From Mustelus asterias (lineage: Eukaryota): a DNA stretch of 64,000 nucleotides. The translations under genes were made by a program, and so were the position numbers. The number at the start of each line of letters is the position of its first letter. Position 1 is the first letter of the stretch. Below the pieces are notes generated by a model. That model was not told the origin of the DNA. It did no database searches and saw only the letters and a program-made list of their open reading frames with translations. Of the stretch, positions 23,951-36,250 are shown piece by piece. The stretch covers positions 12,896,001 to 12,960,000 of the forward strand of contig NC_135825.1 of NCBI RefSeq assembly GCF_964213995.1, read 5' to 3'.

Positions 23951-24703
23951 CGACTCATCCCAAAGATTTCAGAGATGCAAACTGAAAGCAAAACAAATCA
24001 TACGGTGTTGGTAAAAGTGCTCCCTGGAAAGTTCTTTAAGGTTCCCAAGAGAATTCCCAAGCGGGCAGACACAAATTGATGGAGACGCCTCACCCGATTG
24101 TAGCACCACAGAGGGTTCAGCAAAACCTGGCTGACGCCTGAGGGCAGTAATGTCCCAGGGAACATGGAATAGATTGGGGGAAAATCCCTCCCTGAGGTAA
24201 GTGGAGAAGGGGAGATGCCATACCCGAAGACAAACAGCACCTTGTGAAAACCACGGGGGAAATAAAAGTCTGTGTCGAATTATCCACAAACATATCACAG
24301 GGCAAAGTTCAAATTTCTAATCTCACTCAACCCAACAATGCACCTTCACAACCCACTGAGGACAACATGCAGGAGTTGAACTCAAATGTCTCACAAGGAT
24401 TTAAAAATAATTAATTTCCCAACAACGCGCGACAAATAAGTGGCATATTTCTGGCGATGGAGGTGGTCTGCCATTGGCTGTTGGTGGGATCTTCCAGTCC
24501 CGCCAATGTCTGCAGTGTTTTGGATGCACCACACCTACTGCCCCCAGGATCGCACCGTGACTGGTCACCATGACAGGGCCGGAGGATCCCATTGGAGGAA
24601 TGGCTGGAAAATTTATACATAGACCAGAAACAGAACAATGTAACTAAGGGGTTGTAGAAGCACCAATCAAAGGGTTAAACTAAGGCTTCCTACCTACAAC
24701 AAT

Positions 24704-24721
24704 TGGGGGCTCGTCCGGGAT
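24704..24721 (+). promoter_or_regulatory. Retroviral primer binding site, tRNA-Pro
   Basis: TGGGGGCTCGTCCGGGAT, 2 nt after an LTR-like end ...CTACAACA. Confidence 0.92.
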
Positions 24722-25089
24722 AATCTGTTTACGGTCCGGTTGAATGGCCACGACCGGGACACCGGAATAGATTATCGAACTTTAAATTGAATGGGTCAAA
24801 ATGCAGTGGGAATCATCTGTGATAAGAGTGTGTGATGTTCTGACGTGAGTGAGATGGAGACTGTCTGAGTGATCGCCGGAGTTTGAAGGAAAAGCCTTCA
24901 TGTGTAAGAGTTAGAAGGAAAGGCCTTCTAAGGTGAAGCCGGCTTAAAAAAATAGTATAAGCAGTGGTACGGAGGGATCTGATCAACCCTTACAGGTATC
25001 ACCGGACTCCGATAAGAGCGACCTGGGAGGGGGAGAGCGAGAAGGGAGAATAAATCACTCCAGGTGGTGAGTATAAACTTATCAGTGTT

Positions 25090-26100
25090 ATGGCGGGACA
25101 AAGACAGTGGGGACCCCCTGGGTCCCTAATAAATGAATTTATGATTAAGAGGGACAGACTCATAAAACAGATGATAAAAGGGGGATGGGATTTAGACCAC
25201 CCACTAGACCAACAACGAAAATGGTTGGAAAAGGAAAAGAAAAACAAAACTAAGAAAATTGGAGTTCTCTTAATTCATCAATTGGCCGGATTAATTGAAC
25301 AGGTTTCAGTCTCGGGTAAGAAATGGGCTGATATCAAAGAAAAAATTAAAATGTTAATCAACAAAGGGGTGAAAGAGCCTATGAATTTGCGGAGCGACTC
25401 TTTAGAGTATACCAAGAATGTTGGGGAGTACCCGAAACTGCCCGAACAGATAGAGCCTTTTTACAAGCATTTAAAGACGGGCTGTCGCCAGCTCACCAAA
25501 AAAATCCTTAAAATGGGAGTTCTCAATACCCAGACTTATGATGAATTAGTGGAATGGGCATCTGGAATTAGAGATGGACCAGATGAGAAACCATACCTAC
25601 AAATAAAACAGGAAAACGTTGGTGCAAGCAGTAGAGAAGATAAATCAAAGGGTGCGTGCCATAATTGTAGGAAACTGGGTCACTTTGTCAGGCACTGTAG
25701 GGCTCCAAAGGGGGGTAGTGAAGTCTGCAAAATGGCAGATAATGAAGTAATGAGGGGATCTGCAGGTCCTCTCATTGACGTGTACTTATCAAAGAAAAAA
25801 GCATTAATAAAGAGGATGCAAAAGGATGGCTGGGATACGTCTCAGACCTTAGAGTAGCAGAAAACGTGGATATATAAAGAAAAGAGAAACGAGGCAGAGA
25901 AGATAGGAGTATTGTTAATGCATCAGTTAGCTGGACTAATTGAGCAAGATAGAAAAAAGATTAGAGAACTAGAATTCAGAATAAGAGAATTGGAGAAACA
26001 AAACCAAGTCTTCGAAGAAAAACAATAGAGAGGGGAAACTGTTCCTCTACCTCCTAATGAGTCCAGACAGGGACCAACCACTCCTCCAGAGGAGTAGGAA
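25090..26100 (+). pseudogene. gag: ERV gag remnant (N-terminal domain, probable capsid C-terminus, nucleocapsid, second N-terminal-like domain)
   Basis: ORF 25090..25857 with CHNCRKLGHFVRHC (CX2CX4HX4C); continues past stops as KIGVLLMHQLAGLIEQ. Confidence 0.85.
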
Positions 26101-26364
26101 GTGCTAGAATACAACTCAGCACCAGTAACCCAGAGGGGAACTGGTGCACGGCCAAAAGCAAAATTATAAACCCGTCACCCAGTGTAAAACAGAGATTCAG
26201 AGAGTATTAGGGAATGCTCCCACTTATTGGAGCAGAATTACCACAATAAAACAATTAAGAGGGATCAATGAATGTGAGAATCAAAGGAAAGATAAAGAGG
26301 TATCTGGCTTGCCAATGTTGTTCCAAAATCCCGATACGAATGAACAGGAGTGGTGGAATTGATC

Positions 26365-27613
26365 CAGTGTAGATAATCACCAGACGGCACTATACTCAGT
26401 CCTGAAACACTTAGAAGAACAGGGACTAAAGGCGAGCCCCAGGAAGGCCCAAATAGGGAAAGCGCAGGTGTTATATTTGGGACACCTGATATCCCAGGGG
26501 ACCAAAGAAATGCCATTGGACAGGAAAACAGCCATACAGCAAATGCCAAGACCAGTAACCGTCCGGGGGGTAAGGAAGGTTTTGGGGTTGTTTAATTACA
26601 GCCGCAACTTTATACCAGAATTCGCAAGGCTCGCCGAACCAATACAAAGGCTCGTAAAAGGGGGGAAACCCGCTCTAGAAGTTATAGAATGGGGATCAGA
26701 ACAGGAAAGGGCATATAGTAAACTAAAAGTAGAACTAATGAAGGCTCCAGGACTTGGACTGCCTGACTCTCGTAAAGATTTTCACATCTATTGTAATAAC
26801 GAGGGGGGGTTTTATTCGGCAGTAGTCACACAGGTCCATGGGGACAAACAGCGACCCGTGGGTTATTATTCCACAGTGGAGGGCCCCGTAGTAACCGGGT
26901 TACCCAGATGTATAGCCGCACTAGATTGCGCGGCATGGGCAGTAAAGGTCAGCGAGCCCATCATAATGACGGGGAATATTGTTTTACACACCAAACACAC
27001 CTTGGTGGAAATGCTGAACACAGGAAAATTGCGGTCTGTCTCAAACATGAGAAGGGCGAAGTGGGAGGCAGTGCTTCTCCCACCCACTAAGTCCATCACC
27101 ATTGTACAAGACATGGGAATGAACCCCGCAGAAGGAATGTTAGGTGAAGGGTCTCCCCACTCATGTGGGGACGTAGACGAAGAGGTAGAGGAGAGTAGAA
27201 TAAAAGATGTGCCCCTGGAGGCACCAGATTTGGTCCTGTTTGTGGATGGATCACGGAAATATGCAGATGTAGGCCCATTACAGGACAGGATTAGACGGTA
27301 TGTATTAGAGTTAAGCTCCCAATTGAAAGATATGCGGAAAACAGTATGGGACAAACAAATAGTGACGGATGAGCACAATAAACTAGAACAGACCCCGGAG
27401 GTACCCCCGACGGGCAGCAAGGTTATGGTAAAAACACGACCAGGAAAACCTGGATTTGCCCCCAAATGGAAAGGCCCCTATGAGGTCATTATCAGTGGAG
27501 ACACCTGTGCCTGCATAGATATGCAAGGTAGGGGTGTCTGGAAGCATTGGACTCAGTTAAAGGAATACACCAATTACCGCAACAAAACAGTTAAAAAGGG
27601 AATAAAAGGTTAA
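26365..27613 (+). pseudogene. pol: ERV pol remnant: RT C-terminal half, connection domain and RNase H start, fused in frame to the integrase C-terminus
   Basis: GLKASPRKAQ..VLYLGH..LGLFNYSRNFIP..APGLGLPD..RPVGYYS..LFVDGS, then PKWKGPYEV; no protease, no YxDD, no integrase DDE core. Confidence 0.9.
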
Positions 27614-27900
27614 AAGAAAACAAGCAGGCTATGAATCTCTCTCTTACTTAAGAGAGAGAGAGAGAGATGTAAGATGTAATTGCGATCGAGAACCTCATGT
27701 GGTGGAATGGGGTATAGCAGATCAATGCGAGTTTAATAAATTAATAAATTTTACGATAGGGGCATCGGACAGAGATTTGGGGAATGTGGGAATAATAGCA
27801 TTAGATTACATCTGAAGAGTCGTAAGGAGAGTTAACCATCTAAGCACGCAGTAGATTCGATCTTGCATCTGCCTGTGTAAAGATAAATATTTTAGTAGGG

Positions 27901-28238
27901 ATCATAGAAATCATAGAAACCCTACAGTGCAGAAGGAGGCCATTCGGCCCATCGAGTCTGCACCGACCACAATCCCACCCAGGCCCTACCCCCACATATT
28001 TACCCGCTAATCCCTCTAACCTACGCATCTTAGGGGCAATTTTATTTTTAACCTGGCCAATCAACCTAACCCGCACATCTTTGGACTGTGGGAGGAAACC
28101 GGAGCACCCGGAGGAAACCCACGCAGACACGAGGAGAATGTGCAAACTCCACACAGACAGTGACCCGAGCCAGGAATCGAACCCGGGACCCTGGAGCTGT
28201 GAAGCAGCAGTGCTAACCACTGTGCTACCGTGCCGCCC
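27901..28238 (-). mobile_element. Near-intact HE1-type SINE inserted inside the ERV
   Basis: Complete head, V-domain and tail on the minus strand. Confidence 0.9.
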
Positions 28239-30469
28239 AAAAGTGATAAAATAAATGGATTATTTGGATCAGGCTTTTGTTAAATTTGAAAATGTATTTT
28301 TGATAGAACTGAAGTTGAAAAGATAAATAGAAAGAATTATTCCTGCGTATTTGAAATGATGATTAATCACTTGTTTATGTTCCTCTGAGTTATAAGACTT
28401 GCAGTAATTTTAAGATATAGTCAAAATTTAACAGAGAAGAGAGTTACATAAGGTAGAATGGGAGTGCGTGTGTCATACTGGGAATTATTATACTGCCATA
28501 ATGCATTCTAATTAAAATGTGTTACATGGATCAACCATGAAACTGTATTAAATGACAGACAGGCTAAAAGGGAGTGCCCGCCTATAATACCAAATTGACA
28601 AATCAATATAATTAGAGATGAGGGAAATAATTCAGTGGAATAATGAGATAAGAAAATGCTGGGGAAGTATTTGTTACAAACGGTTAAAGATTAAAGTGAT
28701 AAGATTTCTTGAATTTACTTCTGTTTTGAGTTGAATTACAGCTTGGAAGGCAGCAGAATAAAAGTGACTGTTAATCAACGGTCTGTATTCTTAAATGTTT
28801 TACTTCCATCCCAGTTTAAGATGTTAAGTCTGAATAAATGTTGGAAGCTTCCATGTGTACCTGTGTGTTTAACAACGTGATTGCGTGAATGTTTTGTTGT
28901 TGTTCGTTTTAATGTTGAGAAAGGAGTTAAACCTTGGAAGGACCATGTGCTCTTTCCTTGTCTTGAAGTTGAAATTATAAGAGTGTAGTTGAGAAGTTTA
29001 AAAAAAATAAATAATTTTGTGAAAAATAGAAAAGCAGGCACAAAAAAATGAGGTGAATATACTGTCTATGAGTCAGTTTAAAGTCTATCAAATCAATGAA
29101 TCGTAGTTCCGATTATCCCAAGTTACAGCAGGAGATTAATCAATTAAAACCTCAGTTGTTAATACAAATAAAGATGTTGTCCTTGAGTATTTTTAATTTG
29201 CATTTGATGCCAACCATTGAACACCATGAATTATTGGAACTTGTGTTGCCGGTTAGTTAGCGATATGAAATTCAAGACTTGTGTGATGTTCCGATAACAT
29301 GCAACAACTTACATCATTTAAATCATCTAACATTGATGATAGTTCTGATAGTGTAACTAGTTAAAACTATATACTGCCATTGGAATTGTGCCATCTATTG
29401 TTCAAGGTTTTCCAAATCTAAGAACACTGCAAAGCTCAGAACCTAGCCAGCTAGGAAGCAAACCAAATCATTTCTAATCAAGTAACTCTTGTTATTGTTA
29501 TATGTATTGTGCTTGTTATTGTTCTAAAAGTGCAAGGAATTCTGATCTGGAGCTCAGTTTAAAAATGGAAACAAATTAATTTAAAAATTAAATTAAGAAG
29601 GTTTTGAGATACCCGATATAATATATATTGTGTATTGATAAAAACATAAGTCTGTGAAAAAAAAGTCTAGTTATTCCAAACATGTAACCATTCTTTGCCA
29701 TAATTTGTAATAGCTTGAACAATTAATATTAACATGACAGGAAGTGAAACCGGATTACTTAAGAGAGAGAGAAAAAGAGTTGGAGACTGGCTTTGCAGCC
29801 AGACTCAGAAATCTTGCATCATTTCGGTTATCTGTGTTTTTAAAGAGCTGTGTGTGGCAGCATAAACTATTGGCATCTGTGAGACCTTATGAGACAATCT
29901 GTCTATAGAAGAATCATTTCTGCTTAAACATTGCACTTTCAAATGTGGACAAACAAATGATCAAATTAGATATAATGTAAGAATACATCATACAAAGATC
30001 GGAGTTGTATGGTATGTGATTTAAATGAGAAAAGCGATGTCTTTTGATAGAATGTCCGGCTGCAGCCAGTGCAAAGTGTTGTGTGATTCGCACTAAGCCA
30101 ACTGAAGGGTCTGTTTATTTCTTCAGAATAAACTCGACTGATCTGAAGTAAATATGCCTTTCTTTAAGCATTGCTTTCGAAATAACGGTTATTTTAGAAA
30201 AAGGAGAGAGAGACCAACCAAAAACCAGCGCTGAGATTTTTTAAAAAACATCTGTTGCGAAAGCATAACTAAATTAGATATTATTATTACATACAAGCAG
30301 TCTCCAGCTACATCAACAACTTGGCCATGAGAAAGTTTGTTTACCTTACATTGTACTATCAGAGAATGCAGCTAAGTTTCTAAGTTGGACTCAGAATTCC
30401 AAGCTGCTGAGGCCAAATTAGCTTCAATTAACTTAAAGCATAGCACAATTAATTACATTGGGCAAAAAT

Positions 30470-30920
30470 ACTTTGACCTGGCGAAGGCCATACAGACATC
30501 GGGGAAAAAAACGTGGATGAAGGTATTGCCCACCATACTAAATGAGATTAAGGGTTGCTACAAACCAAACAACCGGATTAACCCCTTATGAGCTAATGAC
30601 AGGACGGACGACGCAATTACCAAAAAGCATCATAACAGGTGGGACCGATGTAGGTCCACTAAAAGATAAAATCAGGAGATATGTTTTGGAACTAAGCACC
30701 CAACATAAATCGGTAAAAGACAATCAAGAAATAAGAGATGCAGAGAGAGCTTGAAATGCTCCCTGACAGTCCCAACAGTGGGATGTCCTAGTAAAAATAT
30801 TACCTAACAAATCAGGGCTTGTACAAAAATGAAATGAGCCGCATGAAGTATGATATCTGTGCCTGTATGTACTCAGTTGAATATGCTGAAATTAATTGGA
30901 AAAATATGTGATATACTCCA
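30470..30920 (+). pseudogene. pol: Second, diverged ERV integrase C-terminal remnant
   Basis: WMKVLPTIL/MRLRVATNQTTGLTPYELMTGR..DVGPLKDKIRRYVLELS, homologous to DVGPLQDRIRRYVLELS at ~27265. Confidence 0.85.
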
Positions 30921-31049
30921 ATTGCAGATATAAAGAAACAACAACTGACCTCCAAGCAAGCTGAACGGGCGCGCGGAAACTTTGCGCGTGGGCGATATAG
31001 CCTTCGGACCATTGTATAACGGTCACGCGGGATATTAGTAAGTGATAAG

Positions 31050-32467
31050 ATGCTTCTCATGCTGATACTCACGACCCTGGCCCTGTTAGCCATAGCGGGA
31101 GAATATAAATTGAATTATGAGGAGTTAGGGGATGAAGTACAGTGATCATCTCTGTAACGATGACTCTGTCTATTGTATGAACAACTTTGTGTATATGTCT
31201 TATCTGTATGCATCACAATCGAATCTGAGCAAGTGCTGGGTCTGTTCACACATTCCCACGCACGGAGGAAAGGGAGGAATTCCCTTATTTCCTATCCCTT
31301 TATCAGCTCCAGAAGTAATTGAATGGGTTTTAAATAAGGAATGGAACCCAGAAAGGGACAAGGAAACTGACATTTAAAACCCCATCGGGTACCACTATGC
31401 AGGGTATCAGCAACAGTGATGTTGTTTCAAGGCTCGGGGGCGGAGGGTGCTCTTTATCGACCTTTAAGAAGAATTACCAGCCCCGCTACAACAGATCAGA
31501 TTCCCCACCCGACTTCATTGTGAAAAATCAACAAAGGGGAGTTATCTGCCTGACAAGAAATGGAACCATACCTGTTGGCCGTAGCTACTGTATACAGCAG
31601 GTTGATATCACTGATGACGCTGAGGCCATGATACAGGTCACAATCCGGTGCCCCATAGCCACCGTCCCGGTTAACCTCTCCTCCGCTTATATAAGCACGA
31701 TGACTGCATATAATGATACCTATTTTGTCTGTGGAAACAATGCCTATCTGTGGCTTCCCTGGAATTGGACAGGATCGTGTTATTTGGCTTATGTGGTGCC
31801 TTAAATTCACCATTACACTGACTTACGGGACCACCCCGAGATACACATGCTTAGGGCTAAGTGAGCCATTAGTGAGACAGAACGATTCTTCATGATAGCC
31901 TACCCATTTTTTGGGACGGCAAAGGCAGCACAGGAACTTATACGGATGGCCTCAACCCTAGAGAAAGTTGCAAATAAGACTAAGGATGGATTCGAGGAGG
32001 TGAGCACGGCCGTCTCTGAAATGTCAGCAGAGGTCGTAGCTATTCAAACTATGGCGTTACAGAACTGATTGGAACTCGATTATGTGCTAGCCTCCCAAGG
32101 TGGAACATGTGCCATAGTTGGCTCGAAGTGCTGTACGTATATCCCCGAAGCTTCTGAGAATATAACTCACTTAGCAGATCATATTAAACAAGTAGCAAAA
32201 GCAATACAGGAAGAAGGGAACCAATAGCATGATTATAACCCTCCGGGCTGGCTGGGGCAATGGTTCGGGTCGTGGGGTTCATACCTGATGCATGGATTGA
32301 TTGTATTAATTGTAATTGTAATTACTTGCTGTGTTTGTATGGCATTATTGAACGCCTGTAGCAAAACAGTAACAGCACGAATTATGACGGTCGCAAGTGT
32401 ACAGGTGGAGGGGGCAGACCTCCCGACTAAGGAGCTAGGCCCATTCCCCGATAACATGTGGTTCTGA
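31050..32467 (+). pseudogene. env: ERV env pseudogene, gamma-type
   Basis: Signal peptide MLLMLILTTLALLAIAG, CWVC, CGNNAYLWLPWNWTGSCYL, furin site RAK* (likely CGA>TGA), ISD LQN*LELDYVLASQGG, CX6CC (CAIVGSKCC), TM anchor; several stops and frameshifts. Confidence 0.92.
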
Positions 32468-32518
32468 GTTGGTCCTAAATGCCATGGTTGGACCTGGCAT
32501 CCGACCAAAATGGGGGAA

Positions 32519-33186
32519 TGAAGTCGGGAATGGGTTAATGAACTTTGTCACACTTAAGCATTAAAACCCGAACTCTGTGATTTTGTTGAGAACACTGCAG
32601 AGTCCATGTTTTTGTCAGAGTTCGGTGTTTTTCATGTCTGTGCCAGAATAGAGGAACAGCTATTCTTGTTATTAAGAAATGCGATTAACCCAGCTCGAAA
32701 TAAGCTAAACAGTCTCCATTTTTATGTACCTTTGTTTAACACGATGGAGTTGACATGTATGCCTTCTGTCTTTGTATAACCATAGATTTATATATATATA
32801 TATATATTCATCATACGTTATTCATTTTATCCTGATATAAAGTATTATACAAACTTGTATGTATATTAGTTAACTTGTTTGTGCAAAACCTGTGATGTTG
32901 TTTCAAGGATATAAATGACGAACAATCGTGGCCTTGGAGATCAAACAAACTACGCAGAGGAAGATACTGCTAATACAACAAGAATCTCACCATGAACGAT
33001 GACAGACATCTTAGAGAATTGCAATGTAATGAGGGCAGGGCCCGGGACATATATAAACTCTGTTCTTACTTGTGTTCGATGAGAAGGCTGGGGGTCCACT
33101 GTTAGGAACCTCACTTCTCCCACAATTGTGAAAATAAACACTGCATTTTGAACCACTAATAGTGTCAGAGGTTTTTACCGACAACA
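32519..33186 (+). mobile_element. ERV 3' LTR
   Basis: Follows PPT AAAATGGGGGAA; TGAAGTCGG...CCGACAACA imperfect terminal inverted repeat; TATATAAA near 33050; AATAAA near 33133. Confidence 0.75.
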
Positions 33187-33469
33187 GCTCGAACATAAAT
33201 TTGCATCGTGTAGGCGCTGTCCTCCAACAGCCTGTGAAGTCCAATTCTTTCCAGCATTGCAGAATTAAGCTGGACACTCCATGAACCCACAACTCACCAG
33301 AAGCCATATGACTGCTTTTGATGGTTTCCCAAGCACTTCATCCATCAATATTTCTTCTTTGAACAGTGGCAAATCGGTCTGTTTATTCTTCCCTGCTCTC
33401 TTTTTCTCTGGAGATTGATTCTGTTTCATCCACCTCCACCTCATCTCTCTCGAGCTTGTGGGAATTATT

Positions 33470-35360
33470 AAATCCATCTTCACTCTGAGTGAGGAGTTTG
33501 TGAATCAATTCGTTGTCACTGGGCAGGGTGGCTGTTCCTCTGGCTTTGGAATCTCCTTGTTCCTCCACATGAGCTTTAGGGTTGGACGAGAGGAGGTTTT
33601 TGAAATCCTGCAAAAGGATTATTTCACTTAATCCCTCAGACAAGCGGTCTGTTGTGAGAGCTCGCACCCTCCAGTGGCACAGTGTTTAGCACTGCTGCTC
33701 CACAACGCCAGGGACCTGGGTTTGATTCCCAGCTTGGGTCACTGTCTGTGTGGAGTTTACACGTTCTCCCCATGTCTGCATGGGTTTCCTCTGGGTGCTC
33801 CGGTTTCCTCCCACACTCTAGAAGACATGTTGGTTAGGTGCATTGGCCATGCTAAATTCTCCCTCAGTGTACCTGAACAGGTGCCGGAGTGTGGCGACTA
33901 GGGAATTTTCACATTAACTTCATTGCAGTGTTAATGTAAGCCAATTTGTGACATTAATAAATAAACTTTAAACAAATGCCAACTGTTTAATTCTTTCAAA
34001 TTCAAGGATGGTCGCGTGGATTTTTTGCACCAATTCCTAAATCTCTGATGGTGCTTCTGGTACTAACTGATCAGCTCAATCTAGCTCTTCACTGCTGTTG
34101 ATATCTTGCAGAGCATTCTGCAGGCAGTCTGGAATAAACTGTGGGCACTTCGCCAACTAGCCAACCTGCATCAGGAGAGTCCAAGTCTCTGCCACCCACT
34201 TGAACCAATCAGCCAGCTTCTCGAAGGCTGTGAAGGAGGTTTCCACAGCATCATCTTCAAACCTGGGGGTGAATCAGAAATACTTCGAGAGGTCAAAGTG
34301 TGTCTCTGAGCTCCGGGGGGTTTAAATTACCAGTGGTGCCTTTTTCTAATTCATTCGTGGGACATAGGTGTCGCTGGTTGGCCAGCATTTATTGCCCATC
34401 CCTAGTTGCCCCTGAGAAGGTGGTGGTGAGCTGCCTTCTTGAATCGCTGCAGTCCACGTGCTGTGGGTTGACCCACAATGCTGTGAGGGAGGGAATTCCA
34501 GGATTTTGACCCAGCGACTGCGAAGGAACGGTGATATATTTCCAAGTCAGGATGGCAAGTGGCTTGGAGGGGAACTTTCAGGTGGTGGTTTTCCCATGTA
34601 TCTGCTGCCCTCGTCCTTCTAGATGGAAGTGGTCGTGGGTTTGGAAGGTGCTGTCTAAGGATCTTTGGTGAGTTGCTGCAGTGTATTGTGTAGATGGTAC
34701 ACACTGCTGCTACTGAGCGTCGGTGTTGCGGGGAGTGGGTGTTTGTGGATGTGGTGCCAATCAAGCGGTGTCTCTCCTGGATAAAGACAATTTCTCCAAA
34801 GCTGCTTCAATCTGCTTTGGTTCCCTCTCGTTTGGTGCCTGTAATTCATCCTCAAGCTTCTCCAGCGGGAAGGCTCACTCCAACTCTCTTTCCTGGAATC
34901 CCCCTTTTCCTTCCCCGCCTGGAACTCTAACTCTTGCCTCTGCTCCTCCAGCTGAATCTTGCCGAGGGTAACCTGGTCCGTGTCAGGCTTGTGTCTTCTG
35001 CCTGTTCCAGTTGAGGCCAAGTTCCTCAGCCAGTATTTCTAGTTCCTCAGTGTGTTGTGCCCATTTCCTCACAGTGAGTCCCACCGGGCTAGTTATTGCT
35101 TGAAGCTGCTCTGTTGTTGGGGCTGGTAACCTTTGCTGAGTTAAATCCTCCACTTCCACAAATGAGTTCACATTGAATCGAGCCACTCCACCCTCTAGTG
35201 GTGACAAACGCACAAAACATGCTGCTCGAGGCTTTTCATTTCAAAGAAACACTTTCAGCTGCTGCACTTTCCCTTCTTGTTCCCAGTTTATTCTTTTAAC
35301 CTCAGATTTGCCTCATTTCAGTTCAATTGGTTCCAATCTTGGCTGCAGCAGCAAATTCTG
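33470..35360 (-). mobile_element. Gypsy-like gag remnant interrupted by a SINE and a LINE
   Basis: RAL..EIILLQDFKN..AHVEEQ..DNELIHK resembles SCAN-like Gypsy gag; coiled-coil-like fragments at 34770-35210. Confidence 0.5.
34345..34770 (-). mobile_element. LINE 3' end; related fragments at ~3950-4195 (-), ~10050-10400 (+) and ~18300-18640 (-)
   Basis: Shared RQHLPNPRPLPSRRTRAA..SWNSLP..GLQRFKKAAHHHLL motif. Confidence 0.7.
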
Positions 35361-36056
35361 ATATGGACAGGAGAACAGTGGTTAGCACTGCTGCCACAGT
35401 AATAAGCCTCACAACACCAGGTTAAAGTCCAACAGGTTTATTTGGTCGCACTTTAACCTGATGTTGTGAGACTTCTTTACTGTGCTGACCCCAGTCCAAT
35501 GCCGGTGTCTCCACATCATGGCCTCACAGCGCCAGGGACCCAGGTTAGATTCCCGGCTTGGGTCACTGTCTGTGCAGAGTCTGCATGTTCTCCCCGTGTC
35601 TGCGTGGGTTTCCTCCGGGTACGACTGTTTCCTCCCACAGTCTGAAAGACATGCTAGTTCGGTGCATTGACCCCAAACAGGCACCAAACTGTGGTGACTA
35701 TGGGAATTTCACAGTAACTTCATTGCAGTGTTAATGTAAGCCTGACTTGTGACTAATAAATCAATAAACTTTAAACTTTATCAACAGGTACCCTCCAGTT
35801 CCCTTCCCTTCCTGCCGGGAATCAGTGTGGCTGTTTTTGGAACGGTTTCTCTGTGTGATTCTAAGCTCCCTTTAGCACCTGGTCAGTTTAAAGGAACAGC
35901 AGGAGGCTTTCATGTGTTTAAAAATAAAGATTATTTCTTCACGCACTCACTCTGAAGAAGCCTAAATGTCACATCATTCACACACTGAGTAGGGCGTTAC
36001 TGGATTAAATATTTATTTCAGCTCCAAGCAGCCGAGCCTGTGATGACAGGCTGAAA

Positions 36057-36250
36057 ATGGTGCTCCAACCTTTGGAAAAGCATGGAGTTTGGGGAAAGGC
36101 GCTCAAATGTGAATTGTTTCCAATTTCTGTGAAGCGTTTGGGTCACAGGGTGGATAAAGAATGGTTACATCCTACCGGGGGTGAAGTTCAAGATTTAAGA
36201 AGTGTTCAGGATATCTCTGAGCCCAGATCTGCTTTGGGGCTTAACCACAT
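36057..36250 (+). mobile_element. Degenerate Gypsy reverse transcriptase fragment
   Basis: VLQPLEKHG..KCELF..V..LGHRVD..LHPT. Confidence 0.55.

Larger units (their letters stand above)
24650..33186 (+). mobile_element. Defective class I (gamma/epsilon-like) endogenous retrovirus, probably chimeric
   Basis: PBS, gag with CCHC knuckle, pol remnant, env remnant, PPT and 3' LTR in canonical order. Confidence 0.92.

Noticed and set aside
31050-32467. Co-opted syncytin-like env
   Set aside because: Multiple stops (including at the furin site and ISD) and frameshifts
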